Source of the DNA: Octopus sinensis
Taxonomy: Eukaryota
Assembly (NCBI RefSeq): GCF_006345805.1
Contig: NC_043006.1
Coordinates: forward strand, 23,808,001-23,872,000
DNA: 64,000 nt
Reading direction: 5' to 3'
Every line of letters starts with the position of its first letter. Position 1 is the first letter of the stretch. Shown here in pieces: positions 63,224 to 64,000 of the stretch. A model generated the notes under the pieces. The model was not told the DNA's origin. It made no database searches and saw only the letters and a list, made by a program, of their open reading frames with translations. The position numbers and the translations under genes are program-made.

Positions 63224-63443
63224 CCCTTTAGTGTTTAAACCGGCCATATCCGGCCAAAATATTCTACCTATTTTATGTTCAAACTAGTCAGATATGATCA
63301 TTCATAGCTACCTTATTGTGTCATTTTAAAAATAAACAATCACATCATTGAAATCTCAAAGGCATGAAATGATACAAGATTAATTTTACATGGTGTGAAT
63401 ACATAAACTTTACATTTGACAGAATAATCTGAATGCTAAAGGG
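63224..63443. mobile_element. piggyBac-type MITE, second family
   Basis: TTAA|CCCTTTAGTGTTT...GAATGCTAAAGGG|TTAA; a decayed relative lies at ~52185-52410. Confidence 0.8.
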
Positions 63444-63626
63444 TTAAGCCTGATCCATCAATAAGTCACCCCATGCTATTACAGTACATGTAAATCCTTA
63501 CACACTGTCACATAACATATACATCTGTGTTAATTGATATCCACACACACACACCACACACACGTGTCGCATGTGTGTATATATATAATTGATGATATAT
63601 ACATGTACACAGACACACTCTCTATC

Positions 63627-63726
<100 letters not shown>

Positions 63727-63734
63727 GATAGATG

Positions 63735-64000
63735 TGGAGGCACAATGGCTCAGTGGTTAGGGCAGCAGACTTGCGGTTGTGGGATCTTGGTTTTGATTCC
63801 CAGACCGGGTGTTGTGAGTGTTTATTGAGCGAAAACATCTAAAGCTCTGGTGGGAGGAGAGGTGATCTCTGCTGTACTCTTCCACCACAACTTTCTCTCA
63901 CTCTTTCTTCCTGTTTCTGTTGTACCTGTATTTCAAAGGGCCAGCCTTGTCACACTGAATCGCCCTGAGAACTACGTTAAGGGTACACGTGTCTGTGGAG
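63735..64000 (+). mobile_element. tRNA-derived SINE (runs off the window end)
   Basis: A-box TGGCTCAGTGGTTAG, B-box-like GGTTTTGATTCC, and family 3 body gggccagccttgtcacac...gaactacgttaagggtacacgtgtctgtggag. Confidence 0.75.

Overview
AT-rich eukaryotic genomic DNA saturated with microsatellites. The SINE and RTE-tail families resemble those I recall from coleoid cephalopods (Octopus), but this assignment is an inference. Only two convincing host-gene exons were found: minus strand, both phase 0-0, coiled-coil peptides (12574-12741 and 1281-1400). Most of the window is therefore probably intron. The rest is a layered transposon landscape: tRNA-derived SINE arrays in (AAT)n, RTE and CR1/L2 LINE fragments, hAT-, piggyBac- and Tc1/Tigger-type MITEs, and two Helitron/Helentron-like non-autonomous elements. 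The most notable content is a Penelope-like element (PLE) and hammerhead ribozyme (HHR) system. (1) A 5'-truncated PLE (RT plus C-terminal GIY-YIG, 24657-26873) carries an intact type I HHR in its 3' end. (2) A non-coding 579-bp HHR-bearing monomer is present as two circularly permuted, longer-than-unit copies joined head-to-head (3121-4413), resembling a retrozyme. (3) A third, unrelated intact HHR lies at 61688-61778. (4) Several palindromes are built from PLE/HHR ends, most of them abutting (TA)n. No rRNA, genuine tRNA or CRISPR array was found. Almost all ORF-track entries are microsatellite or repeat artefacts. All structures were folded and aligned by eye and no searches were run.
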